45,646 nt of DNA from assembly GCA_046735815.1 (NCBI GenBank), contig JBKPUA010000119.1, positions 1 to 45,646 of the forward strand, in the 5' to 3' direction. The notes below the pieces were generated by a model that saw only the letters and a program-made list of their open reading frames with translations, did no database searches and was not told the origin of the DNA. The DNA is from Pseudomonadota bacterium. Lineage in GTDB: Bacteria > Pseudomonadota > Alphaproteobacteria > Rhizobiales > Xanthobacteraceae. Positions 25,295 to 35,119 of this stretch are shown here, piece by piece. How positions within the stretch are numbered: position 1 is the first letter of the stretch; the number at the start of each line of letters is the position of its first letter. The translations under genes and the position numbers were made by a program.

Positions 25295-25918
25295 ATGCGG
25301 CGTCTCATCATCGGCATGACCGGCTCGACCGGCGCCATCTTCGGCGTGCGGATGCTCGAGGCGCTCAAGGGTACCGACATCGAGAGCCATCTCATCATCA
25401 GCAAGTGGGCGCAGCGCACCCTCGAGCATGAGACCCGCTACACCGTTGAGCAGGTGCGCGGCCTCGCCAGCGTCGTGCACAGCCAGGGCGACATGGGGGC
25501 GTCGCTCTCGTCCGGCTCGTTCAAGACCGAAGGCATGGTGGTGATCCCGTGCTCGGTGCGCACGCTCGCTGGTATCGCCAACGGCTACGGCGAGCACCTC
25601 GTTCACCGCGCCGCCGACGTCGTGCTCAAGGAGCGGCGCAAGCTGGTGCTGGTGGTGCGCGAGACCCCGCTGTCGGAGGTGCACCTCGAGAACATGCTCA
25701 AGCTCGCGCGCATGGGAGTCTCGATCGTGCCGCCGATGCCCGCCTTCTACAACCATCCGCAGACGGTCGACGACATCGTCAACCACATCGTGGCACGCGT
25801 GCTCGATCAATTCGATATTCCCGCACCCTTCGCCAAGCGCTGGGATGGCCACATGCATACCGCCACCAAGATCGCAACGGTCGCGGGCCCAAGTCCCGCG
25901 GCGAAGAGTGGAACCTGA
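25295..25918 (+). CDS. ubiX: UbiX-family flavin prenyltransferase (prFMN synthase)
   Basis: ATG 25295 follows GGAGGAA. Motifs seen: IIGMTGSTGAIFGVRML, MVVIPCSVRTLAGIANG, LVLVVRETPLS and VPPMPAFY. Confidence 0.9.
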   Translation: MRRLIIGMTGSTGAIFGVRMLEALKGTDIESHLIISKWAQRTLEHETRYTVEQVRGLASVVHSQGDMGASLSSGSFKTEGMVVIPCSVRTLAGIANGYGEHLVHRAADVVLKERRKLVLVVRETPLSEVHLENMLKLARMGVSIVPPMPAFYNHPQTVDDIVNHIVARVLDQFDIPAPFAKRWDGHMHTATKIATVAGPSPAAKSGT

Positions 25919-26064
25919 CTGTCGGGAGAATTGTCCTAGGTTCGAAGCTTCAAGACGTGTATAGTAGCGCGATCATCGGCATGCGATGCGTGGCTCGAGA
26001 CGAACCTGGGCGCCGATGACCGAGAGACAGTAGCGCTCCCGCCTGCAGTGACAAGGAGCGCGCC

Positions 26065-26313
26065 ATGTCCAGGCCGCCTGATTCATCCATTGCTTTGAAA
26101 TATCGTCGCGACGCGGCCGCGTGCGAACGGTTCGCGGCGAACGCCAGAACAGCGGCCGATCGAGCGCTTCTGCTGCGCATGCAGCGCTCGTTGCTCGGGC
26201 GTGCCGATCACCAAGACTGGCTCGACGGCCTGCCTCCGGTTCCGCCGGCGCGACCGAACGTGCTTGCCCTGCCGAGGCGTCCAGACCGAGTCGAGTGCCA
26301 CCATCCTCGCTGA
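26065..26313 (+). CDS. small helical hypothetical protein (82 aa)
   Basis: AAGGAG lies 7 nt before ATG 26065. ALKYRRDAAACERFAANARTAADRALLLRMQRSLL resembles the small helical-hairpin proteins common in Bradyrhizobiaceae. Confidence 0.5.
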   Translation: MSRPPDSSIALKYRRDAAACERFAANARTAADRALLLRMQRSLLGRADHQDWLDGLPPVPPARPNVLALPRRPDRVECHHPR

Positions 26314-26367
26314 TTGCAAGTTGATAGTATGCAAGCAACATGGCGGCTTCGAAGGAGCGCGCGGGCG

Positions 26368-26631
26368 ATGGCACTGAGCTTTCCGAATCCAATCCGCTAT
26401 TATGATGCGACACGGCGCGCCGTGCGCTTCTGGGGACATGATAGCGCCATGGAAGCGGCGTTTTTCGTGACCGAAGACGCGTTGAAGCAGGTTCATCCCA
26501 GCATGCGTTTCGACGAGGCCGGGCTGCTCGGTGCGTTCGATGCACACCGCGACTTGATCTATGCAACCGCGGCCAAAGTCTATGCGCGTGGCCGGCGCGG
26601 CTCTTACGATCTCGTCAGCGGCGATTTCTGA
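26368..26631 (+). CDS. DUF1488-like protein
   Basis: ATG 26368. MALSFPNPIRYYDATRRAVRFWGHDSAMEAAFFVTEDALK matches my recollection of DUF1488 proteins. Confidence 0.65.
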   Translation: MALSFPNPIRYYDATRRAVRFWGHDSAMEAAFFVTEDALKQVHPSMRFDEAGLLGAFDAHRDLIYATAAKVYARGRRGSYDLVSGDF

Positions 26632-26744
26632 AGGTGCGACGGCGGCTTTCGGCCGGTCGGGTTTCGGAGCAATACGCGGCGCTGCCTGCGACCCGCTCAC
26701 TTGCCGCTTCGCCGTGTTGCAAGTTCATCCCGGGAGGCTGGTTA

Positions 26745-26906
26745 ATGATCGCGAGCAAAGAGGCCGGGAAGAAGTTGCGATCGAACAGCCGTCGATCATG
26801 GCGTGATCTCGTCTCGGCATGGGTGTGTGCGTTTCGTCCGGGACTCGATACTGCGGCCGCTCGCGGCACCATCGGCGCGAGAAACGATCGGAAGGATACG
26901 AGATGA
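26745..26906 (+). CDS. possible 53-aa basic ORF translationally coupled to the next gene
   Basis: GGGAGG lies 7 nt before ATG 26745. The stop overlaps the next start as ATGA at 26903-26906. The composition is Arg-rich and low-complexity, so coding status is doubtful. Confidence 0.25.
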   Translation: MIASKEAGKKLRSNSRRSWRDLVSAWVCAFRPGLDTAAARGTIGARNDRKDTR

Positions 26907-27160
26907 GCGATGCTCGGTTCGCAGGGGTGTTTGACGCGAACTTGCCCAACTTGGCTTCGCCGGTTCGGATCAGCTCGTTTTTCGACGCCCAGGTGTTTGT
27001 TCGGCGGTGGGCGATCAGAGACAAGGATCCGGCTGTACGCGTTCTCCTTCGCCGAATGGAAAAGGCGAACTCAATGGAAGCGATCACCAGCGCGATTGAG
27101 GAGTTGAAGCGGGAGCTCGCTCGGCGAGGGCTGCTGCCGGAAATCCGAGCGCCGATCTAG
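26903..27160 (+). CDS. small hypothetical protein (85 aa), DUF982-like layout
   Basis: ATG 26903 follows GGAAGGA. SPVRISSFFDAQVFVRRWAIRDKD...AIEELKRELARRGLL loosely recalls DUF982. This assignment is uncertain. Confidence 0.45.
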   Translation: MSDARFAGVFDANLPNLASPVRISSFFDAQVFVRRWAIRDKDPAVRVLLRRMEKANSMEAITSAIEELKRELARRGLLPEIRAPI

Positions 27161-27470
27161 AGCATGATCCCGAAAAGTGGATACCGGTTTTGGAAAAAGA
27201 TCACCAATAGTGCCCCCGAACCCGACGTTCGCACGCATTGTGCTGCAAGAGCGGTCGCTAACTTCGAGTTCAAAAGGGGCACTAGAATCGTAGAGGTGCT
27301 GGTGTCCCTCTGTCGCATCAGCGGTTGCCGCGAGGGTATGCGAACTTCGGAATCGGGACACTAGACGTGATCTCGATGCTCCGCCGGAAAGCGGGGAGTT
27401 GCGGCGGAGCAGTCTTGGATGGGCGGGACCGTCGCTCTCGATGCGGGGCGCCTGCCCCTTGTGGAGGTTC

Positions 27471-29591
<2,121 letters not shown>

Positions 29592-29659
29592 CGAGGCGGC
29601 GAGTTCATCCCGTGCTGTGCGCCGCGATTCTGTCGCGTGCGTCTCGCATCCGACCCACC

Positions 29660-29881
29660 ATTCACTGCAGCTTCGCCAAATCGCACGCCGAGCACGACGC
29701 CATTGTGAGCGCCATTCTGCAGGGCGACGCCGAAACGGCGAGCGAGGTCATGCGCACGCACGTCAACATCGTGCGAGCAGCCTCGCGCGACTACGTGCAC
29801 GAGCTCGGGCTCCTCGCTAGTGTCGGCGCCACCGACGATGTTCGCGGCAAGCACGCTCTGGGCGCTCCCACGCGGGTCTGA
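29660..29881 (+). pseudogene. remnant of the C-terminal FCD domain of a GntR-family regulator
   Basis: HAEHDAIVSAILQGDAETASEVMRTHVNIV is the typical last helix pair of FadR/FCD domains. There is no winged-helix N-domain, and the ORF abuts the rpoD stop codon. Confidence 0.4.
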
Positions 29882-29982
29882 CATGCTACCCGGAGGCGGA
29901 CTTCCTTCTGGAATCCGCTGGCAATTCGCTAGTTCTTTTGCATGATGGGCCGCCCCGCTAGTAGCGGCACGGAGAAACGCCC

Positions 29983-30372
29983 ATGGCCAAATTCACCTAT
30001 GACCACATCCATCTGCGCAGCTCGGACCCAGAGGCGACCGCGCGCTATTACGAGCGCATGTTCGGCGCCGAGGTCATTCGCACCATGCAACAGGGCAAGC
30101 CGCGCATCGATCTCAAGCTCGGCGGGGTGAATATCTTCATTGCCCCGGTCGCGCCCGGGGATGGCGTCAATCCGCCGCCCACCACCCCCTATCAGGGCCT
30201 CGATCACTTCGGCCTGTTGGTGAGCGGCATCGATGCCGTCGTCGCCGAGCTCAAGGCCAAGGGCGCCGAGTTCACCCGCGAGCCCACCACTGTCCGGCCG
30301 GGCGTGCGGGTCGCTTTCCTGCGCGCCCCCGAGGGGGTGTCGATCGAGCTGCTCGACCGCAACGCCACCTGA
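29983..30372 (+). CDS. VOC (glyoxalase/bleomycin resistance/dioxygenase) family protein
   Basis: ATG 29983 follows GGAGAA. Motifs seen: YDHIHLRSSDPEATARYYERMFGA, GLDHFGLLV and GVSIELL. Confidence 0.85.
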   Translation: MAKFTYDHIHLRSSDPEATARYYERMFGAEVIRTMQQGKPRIDLKLGGVNIFIAPVAPGDGVNPPPTTPYQGLDHFGLLVSGIDAVVAELKAKGAEFTREPTTVRPGVRVAFLRAPEGVSIELLDRNAT

Positions 30373-30386
30373 AGGGGGAGGCGGCG

Positions 30387-31565
30387 ATGACGCGACCGTT
30401 CGAAGGCATCCGGGTGATCGACGTCACCCATGTGCTGGCGGGGCCGTTCGCGGCCTACCAATTGGCGGTGCTGGGCGCCGACGTGATCAAGGTCGAGCAT
30501 CCCGACGAGCCCGACCAGAGCCGCAGCTCCGGCACCGACAAGGCGCTAAACCGCCGCAACATGGGCACCGCCTTTCTCACCCAAGCCTCCAACAAACGCT
30601 CGATCGCGCTGGACCTCAAGACCGAGCGCGATCGCGAAATCCTGAAGAAACTCGTCGCCACTGCCGACGTGTTCGTCGAGAACTACCGTCCGGGCGCATT
30701 CGAGGCGCTCGGCTTGGGCTACGAGGCGCTCGCCAAGATCAACCCGCGGCTGATCTACGCCTCGTTCTCGGCCTTCGGCCAGACGGGGCCGCGCGGGCGG
30801 CAAACCGCCTATGATCACGTCATCCAGGCCACCTCCGGCCTGATGGCAATGACGGGCACGAAGGACGTGCATCCCGTGAAGTTCGGCGCACCGGCGGTCG
30901 ATTACGCCACCGGCATGACCGGCGCCTTCGCCTTGGCCTCGGCGCTGTTCCAGCGCGAGCGCACCGGGCGCGGCCAGCGCATCGACATGGCGATGCTCGA
31001 CGTGGCGATGATCCTGATGAGCTCGCATCTCACCGGCTATCTGCGCAACGGGGCGCATCCTAAGCCGCACGGCAATCGCCATCCGCACGCTACCAATGGC
31101 GCGTTCGAGACCAAGGACGGGCTGGTCATGCTGGGCGCCAGCAACCTGCGCCAGCAGCGCCGCCTATGGTTGGCGCTCGGCCGTCCCGACATGGTCAAGC
31201 GCAGCAACGACGAGCGCGACGCGGATCACGACCGCGAGATCGCCGTCCTGTCGGAGATCATGCTCACGCGCACAGCCGACGAATGGGAGAAGTTCCTGCA
31301 GGCGCGCCACGTGCCGGCGGCGCGCGTGCGCACCATGGGCGAGGCGCTCGCCGACCCGCAGCTCGCGACCCGCGGCATCGTTCATCGCCACGACGGCGCC
31401 GCCGGCGTCGAGGGTGGCTTCGGCGTGCCGCTCGCCGCCTTCACCTTCGCCCACGGCGGACCGCGCATCGACCGAGCGCCGCCCGCGCTCGGCCAGCACA
31501 ACGACGAAATTTTTGCCGAGCTCGGCGTGGGCGAAAACGACGCCGTCGCAGCCGCGGCGCGCTAG
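30387..31565 (+). CDS. family III (CaiB/BaiF) CoA-transferase
   Basis: ATG 30387 follows GGGGGAGG. Motifs seen: GIRVIDVTHVLAGPFAAYQLAVLGADVIKVE and GQTGPRGRQTAYDHVIQATSGLMAMTG, with the catalytic Asp present. Confidence 0.9.
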   Translation: MTRPFEGIRVIDVTHVLAGPFAAYQLAVLGADVIKVEHPDEPDQSRSSGTDKALNRRNMGTAFLTQASNKRSIALDLKTERDREILKKLVATADVFVENYRPGAFEALGLGYEALAKINPRLIYASFSAFGQTGPRGRQTAYDHVIQATSGLMAMTGTKDVHPVKFGAPAVDYATGMTGAFALASALFQRERTGRGQRIDMAMLDVAMILMSSHLTGYLRNGAHPKPHGNRHPHATNGAFETKDGLVMLGASNLRQQRRLWLALGRPDMVKRSNDERDADHDREIAVLSEIMLTRTADEWEKFLQARHVPAARVRTMGEALADPQLATRGIVHRHDGAAGVEGGFGVPLAAFTFAHGGPRIDRAPPALGQHNDEIFAELGVGENDAVAAAAR

Positions 31566-32620
31566 TTCCCGACCTTCGGCGGCATCCGCTCCGCGAGCGG
31601 AGGCAGGAATTCCGCGGTATAGACGTTGGCCGGGTCCGGCGTGCTCGGCAAGTCGTAGGCCGCGACGATCGCGTCGATGGTGCGCTTGAGCTTTTCCGGC
31701 GTCACGGTGCTCAGCCCGTTCTTGGCCACGTGCGTCGTGTTTGTGAGGCCGAGCGCGATGTCGAGGCGCACCTTCTCGATGTCGGGCTTCATCATCGGGT
31801 CGCGCGCCTTGAGCACGTCCAGTGCCTGCTGCGGTGCGGCGATTGTGTCCTTCGTTCCCTGATTGAGCGCCTTGACCACGGCGCGCACCGTCTCCGGATT
31901 CTCGGTGGCGAATTTCTTGGTCGTGGTCAGCGCCAGGCCATACATGTCGGCGCCGAAATCGGAATATTTGATCACGTAGAGATCATCGAGGGTGAAGCCG
32001 AGCTCGAGCGCGGCGGGGATGTTCGAATTGGTGAAGCCGCCGGTGCCGTCGACCTCGCCGCGCTTGAGCATCGGGCCGAACAGCTGCGGCTGCACCGCCA
32101 CCCAGTTGACCTTGACGCTCTCGGCCTTGGCCGCTTTCAAGAGGATCGAGATGGTGTCGTGCACCGCGGTACCCGGGCCGCCCGCGATCTTCTTCCCGTC
32201 GAGATCGGCCGGTTTGCGGATGCCGGCGGCCTTGCGCGTGATCACGGCGAGCGGCGTCTCGTCGAAACTCACGTAGACCGCGATCAGCGGCGAGGCGGGG
32301 TTCTGCGCGTTGAAGCGGATCATCGAGGGCAGGTCGACCCAGCCGAAATGATAGGCGCCACCCGCCACGGCGACAGCGACGTTGGTCGCGCCGCGGCCGG
32401 CATCGATGGCATCGACCGTCACGCCCGCGGCTTTGAAATAGCCCTTGTCCTGTGCCACGAAGTAGGGCGCGTGCGTGCCCTGGATGATCCAATCCAGCAT
32501 GATCTTGACGTTCTTGGTTTCCGCTGCGGCCACCGTGGGCGAGAGAGCGACGGCAGCCAACGACCACAAAAGCAGCAGCGCCAGCTTGCCGAAGAACGTC
32601 CCTGCATGAGAGCGCGTCAT
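31562..32620 (-). CDS. ABC transporter periplasmic substrate-binding protein, NMT1/THI5 (NitT/TauT) type
   Basis: The start reads CAT on the + strand at 32618-32620 and follows AAGGGAGA on the coding strand. A signal peptide ends in TVAAAE. VKIMLDWIIQGTHAPYFVAQDKGYFKAAG is typical. Confidence 0.8.
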   Translation of the reverse strand: MTRSHAGTFFGKLALLLLWSLAAVALSPTVAAAETKNVKIMLDWIIQGTHAPYFVAQDKGYFKAAGVTVDAIDAGRGATNVAVAVAGGAYHFGWVDLPSMIRFNAQNPASPLIAVYVSFDETPLAVITRKAAGIRKPADLDGKKIAGGPGTAVHDTISILLKAAKAESVKVNWVAVQPQLFGPMLKRGEVDGTGGFTNSNIPAALELGFTLDDLYVIKYSDFGADMYGLALTTTKKFATENPETVRAVVKALNQGTKDTIAAPQQALDVLKARDPMMKPDIEKVRLDIALGLTNTTHVAKNGLSTVTPEKLKRTIDAIVAAYDLPSTPDPANVYTAEFLPPLAERMPPKVGN

Positions 32621-32783
32621 TGCTCGTCTCCCTTCATCGCAGCGGTCAACATGCTCAGCTCGCATGCGTCCGCCTGTTGAGCTTGGCACCTCAGCGTGGC
32701 AAGTCTCGTGCCACCTTACGCGGCTCTCTCAACCCGCCCGCCCGATTCATCGCGATACGCTCGAACGACACTGGAGACGACCG

Positions 32784-33686
32784 ATGCTGAAACTTCCCGG
32801 CCACCCCCGCTACGACTATTCGCCGATTGTCAAACGGAACGATTACAGCTGGCCCGGCGGCAAGCGGCTCGCGTTCTATGTCGCTCTCAACATTGAGCAT
32901 TTCGCGTTCGGCACGGGCATCGGCATGGACCCGAGCAACCGCAGCGGGCAGCAGACCTCGCGCAACTTCGCCTGGCGCGACTACGGCAACCGCATCGGCA
33001 ATTGGCGCCTGTTCGAAATTCTCGACGAGCTGAAGCTGCCCGCGACCATCCTGCTCAACAGCAGCGTATGCTACCACTATCCCGACATCGTCGAGAAGAT
33101 CAAAGCGCGCGGCGACGACGTGCTCGGGCACGGCCGCACCAACGCCGAGGTGTTGCGCGGCATGTGGGAAGCCGACGAGGCGCGCGCCATCGCGGAATGT
33201 ACGGAGGTGATCGCCAAGCATGTCGGTGTGCGGCCGACGGGCTGGATGGGACCCGGCGCGCTCGAGTCGAATGTCACGCCCGATCTGCTCAAGGAGGCCG
33301 GCTACACCCATCTGCTCGACTGGCCCGTGGACGACCAGCCGATCTGGATGAAGACGCGCGCCGGCCCGCTGCTCTCGGTGCCCTATCCGATGGAATTGAA
33401 CGATGCCGGCACCCTCGTGCATCGCGACCACACCGGCCGCGAGTTCGCCGACATGATCGTCGACCAGTTCGAGGAGATGCTCGAGCAGTCGGAGCGCCAG
33501 CCGCTCGTGTTCGCGCTGTCGCTCCATGGTTTCATTGTCGGCCAGCCGTTCCGGCTGCGCCCGCTGCGGCAGGCGATCAAGCATTGCGTGGGACACAAGC
33601 AGAAGGATCGCGTCTGGTTCACGCGCGCCGGCGAGATCGCGAAATATTGCTTCTCGCTCGCGCCCGGCCTGATCCCGGGCAGCTGA
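32784..33686 (+). CDS. polysaccharide deacetylase family protein (PuuE/allantoinase-like layout)
   Basis: ATG 32784 follows GGAGA. Motifs seen: GGKRLAFYVALNIEHF, RDYGNRIGNWRLFEILDELKLPATILLNS and GDDVLGHG. Confidence 0.75.
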   Translation: MLKLPGHPRYDYSPIVKRNDYSWPGGKRLAFYVALNIEHFAFGTGIGMDPSNRSGQQTSRNFAWRDYGNRIGNWRLFEILDELKLPATILLNSSVCYHYPDIVEKIKARGDDVLGHGRTNAEVLRGMWEADEARAIAECTEVIAKHVGVRPTGWMGPGALESNVTPDLLKEAGYTHLLDWPVDDQPIWMKTRAGPLLSVPYPMELNDAGTLVHRDHTGREFADMIVDQFEEMLEQSERQPLVFALSLHGFIVGQPFRLRPLRQAIKHCVGHKQKDRVWFTRAGEIAKYCFSLAPGLIPGS

Positions 33687-33704
33687 TCGACCGGATGTGG
33701 CCCG

Positions 33705-34538
33705 ATGACCGAAAGCGCTGAGGCACCGGAGCTGGAGCGGCGCAGGGCGTCCGCGCTGCGGCGCAGGACGCTCCGGCGCGTGCTGCCCTGGCTCGTCATC
33801 GTCGGCATGTTCGTGATCTGGGAACTGTTGGTCCGCGTCTTCGACGTCGAGCAGTTCGTGCTGCCGGCGCCGTCGGATATCTTCGCCGCTGGCTGGCGTT
33901 GGCGCTGGCCGATCCTCGACAACTCCTGGCAGACCCTGTGGACGACGGCCATCGGCTTCTTCATCGCCGTCATCATCGGGCTCGTCGGCGGGGTCGCGCT
34001 CGGATCCTCAAGCCTCATCTACGAGAGCTTCTATCCTGCGCTGATCGGCTTCAACTCGATCCCGAAAGTGGCGGTCGTGCCGATCCTGGTGATCTGGTTC
34101 GGCATCGGTACCGTGCCGGCGATCATCACCGCCTTCCTGATTGCCTTCTTCCCGATCCTGGTGAACGTGGCGATCGGCATCGCTACCGTCGAGCCGGAGC
34201 TTCAGGACGTGCTGCGCGCGCTTGGCGCCAGCCACTGGCAGGTGATCCAGAAGGTCGGGCTGCCGCGCTCGATGCCGTATTTCTTCGCCTCCCTCAAGGT
34301 CGCGATCACTTTCGCCTTCGTAGGCACCATCGTGGCGGAGACGGTCGCCGCCAACAAAGGCATCGGCAATTTCATGCTGGTGGCGTCCTCGCGCTTCGAG
34401 GTGCCGCTCGCCTTCGCCGGGCTCTTGGTGACGAGCGTCATGGGCATCGGCATGTACCTCGTCTGCACCATGGTCGAGCGGCGGATGACCGGCTGGGCCA
34501 TGCGCGGCATGGACGGCATGGCGCAAACGCAGATGTGA
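33705..34538 (+). CDS. ABC transporter permease (NitT/TauT family, BPD_transp_1)
   Basis: 277 aa with 6 predicted hydrophobic helices. An EAA-like loop is present (LRALGASHWQVIQKVGLPRSMPYFFASLK). Confidence 0.85.
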   Translation: MTESAEAPELERRRASALRRRTLRRVLPWLVIVGMFVIWELLVRVFDVEQFVLPAPSDIFAAGWRWRWPILDNSWQTLWTTAIGFFIAVIIGLVGGVALGSSSLIYESFYPALIGFNSIPKVAVVPILVIWFGIGTVPAIITAFLIAFFPILVNVAIGIATVEPELQDVLRALGASHWQVIQKVGLPRSMPYFFASLKVAITFAFVGTIVAETVAANKGIGNFMLVASSRFEVPLAFAGLLVTSVMGIGMYLVCTMVERRMTGWAMRGMDGMAQTQM

Positions 34539-34612
34539 CTTGCGTGGGGTTTTGTCGCCGCTACATGGCGGCTACGGTAAGGGCAACGTTGACGGTGGAT
34601 ACGGAGGTATGC

Positions 34613-35014
34613 ATGGCGAGCAAGCAATTCGAGGTCACCCACACCGACGAGGAGTGGCGGCGCATGCTCAGCCCCGAGCAATACGAGGTGCTGCGCGGTC
34701 ACGGCACCGAGGCGCCGGGGAGTTGCGCGCTCAACTACGAGAAGCGCGCGGGGACGTTCTCCTGCGCGGCATGCGGGCAGCCGCTGTTCGTCTCCAAGAG
34801 GAAGTTCGAGAGCGGCACCGGCTGGCCGAGCTTCAACGATCCCATCGACGGCGCGGTCGAGACCTCGCAGGATCGCAGCTACGGCATGGTTCGCACCGAG
34901 GTGCATTGCAGCCGCTGCGGCAGCCATCTCGGCCACGTGTTCGAGGACGGACCGCCCCCCACCCACCTGCGCTATTGCATCAATGGCGTCGCAATGAATT
35001 TCAAGCCGGAGTAA
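34613..35014 (+). CDS. msrB: peptide-methionine (R)-S-oxide reductase
   Basis: ATG 34613 follows GGAGG. Motifs seen: GTFSCAACGQPLF, GWPSF and HCSRCGSHLGHVFEDGP. Confidence 0.95.
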   Translation: MASKQFEVTHTDEEWRRMLSPEQYEVLRGHGTEAPGSCALNYEKRAGTFSCAACGQPLFVSKRKFESGTGWPSFNDPIDGAVETSQDRSYGMVRTEVHCSRCGSHLGHVFEDGPPPTHLRYCINGVAMNFKPE

Positions 35015-35024
35015 AGGCACACTC

Positions 35025-35112
35025 CTGTCGTCCCCGCGCGGGCGGGGATCCATATTCCAGAGGCCGCAATTTGGGCACGATGGGCCCCCGCTTTCGCGGG
35101 GGCGACAACAGG
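35025..35112. repeat. REP-like element, copy 2 of the 22612-22698 family
   Basis: CTGTCGTCCCCGCGCGGGCGGGGATCCATATTCCAGAGGCC...GGCACGATGGGCCCCCGCTTTCGCGGGGGCGACAACAG has the same orientation and architecture as copy 1. Confidence 0.65.
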
Positions 35113-35119
35113 TGTGGCG

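Noticed and set aside
25936-25960. GGTTCGAAGC, a T-loop-like string, as a hint of a tRNA
   Set aside because: No acceptor, anticodon or D-arm pairing can be built around it, so it is not a tRNA.
33899-34612. Long N-terminal part of track ORF 33899..35014
   Set aside because: It lies out of frame over the ABC permease. Only the MsrB portion from ATG 34613 (GGAGG RBS) matches a known protein.
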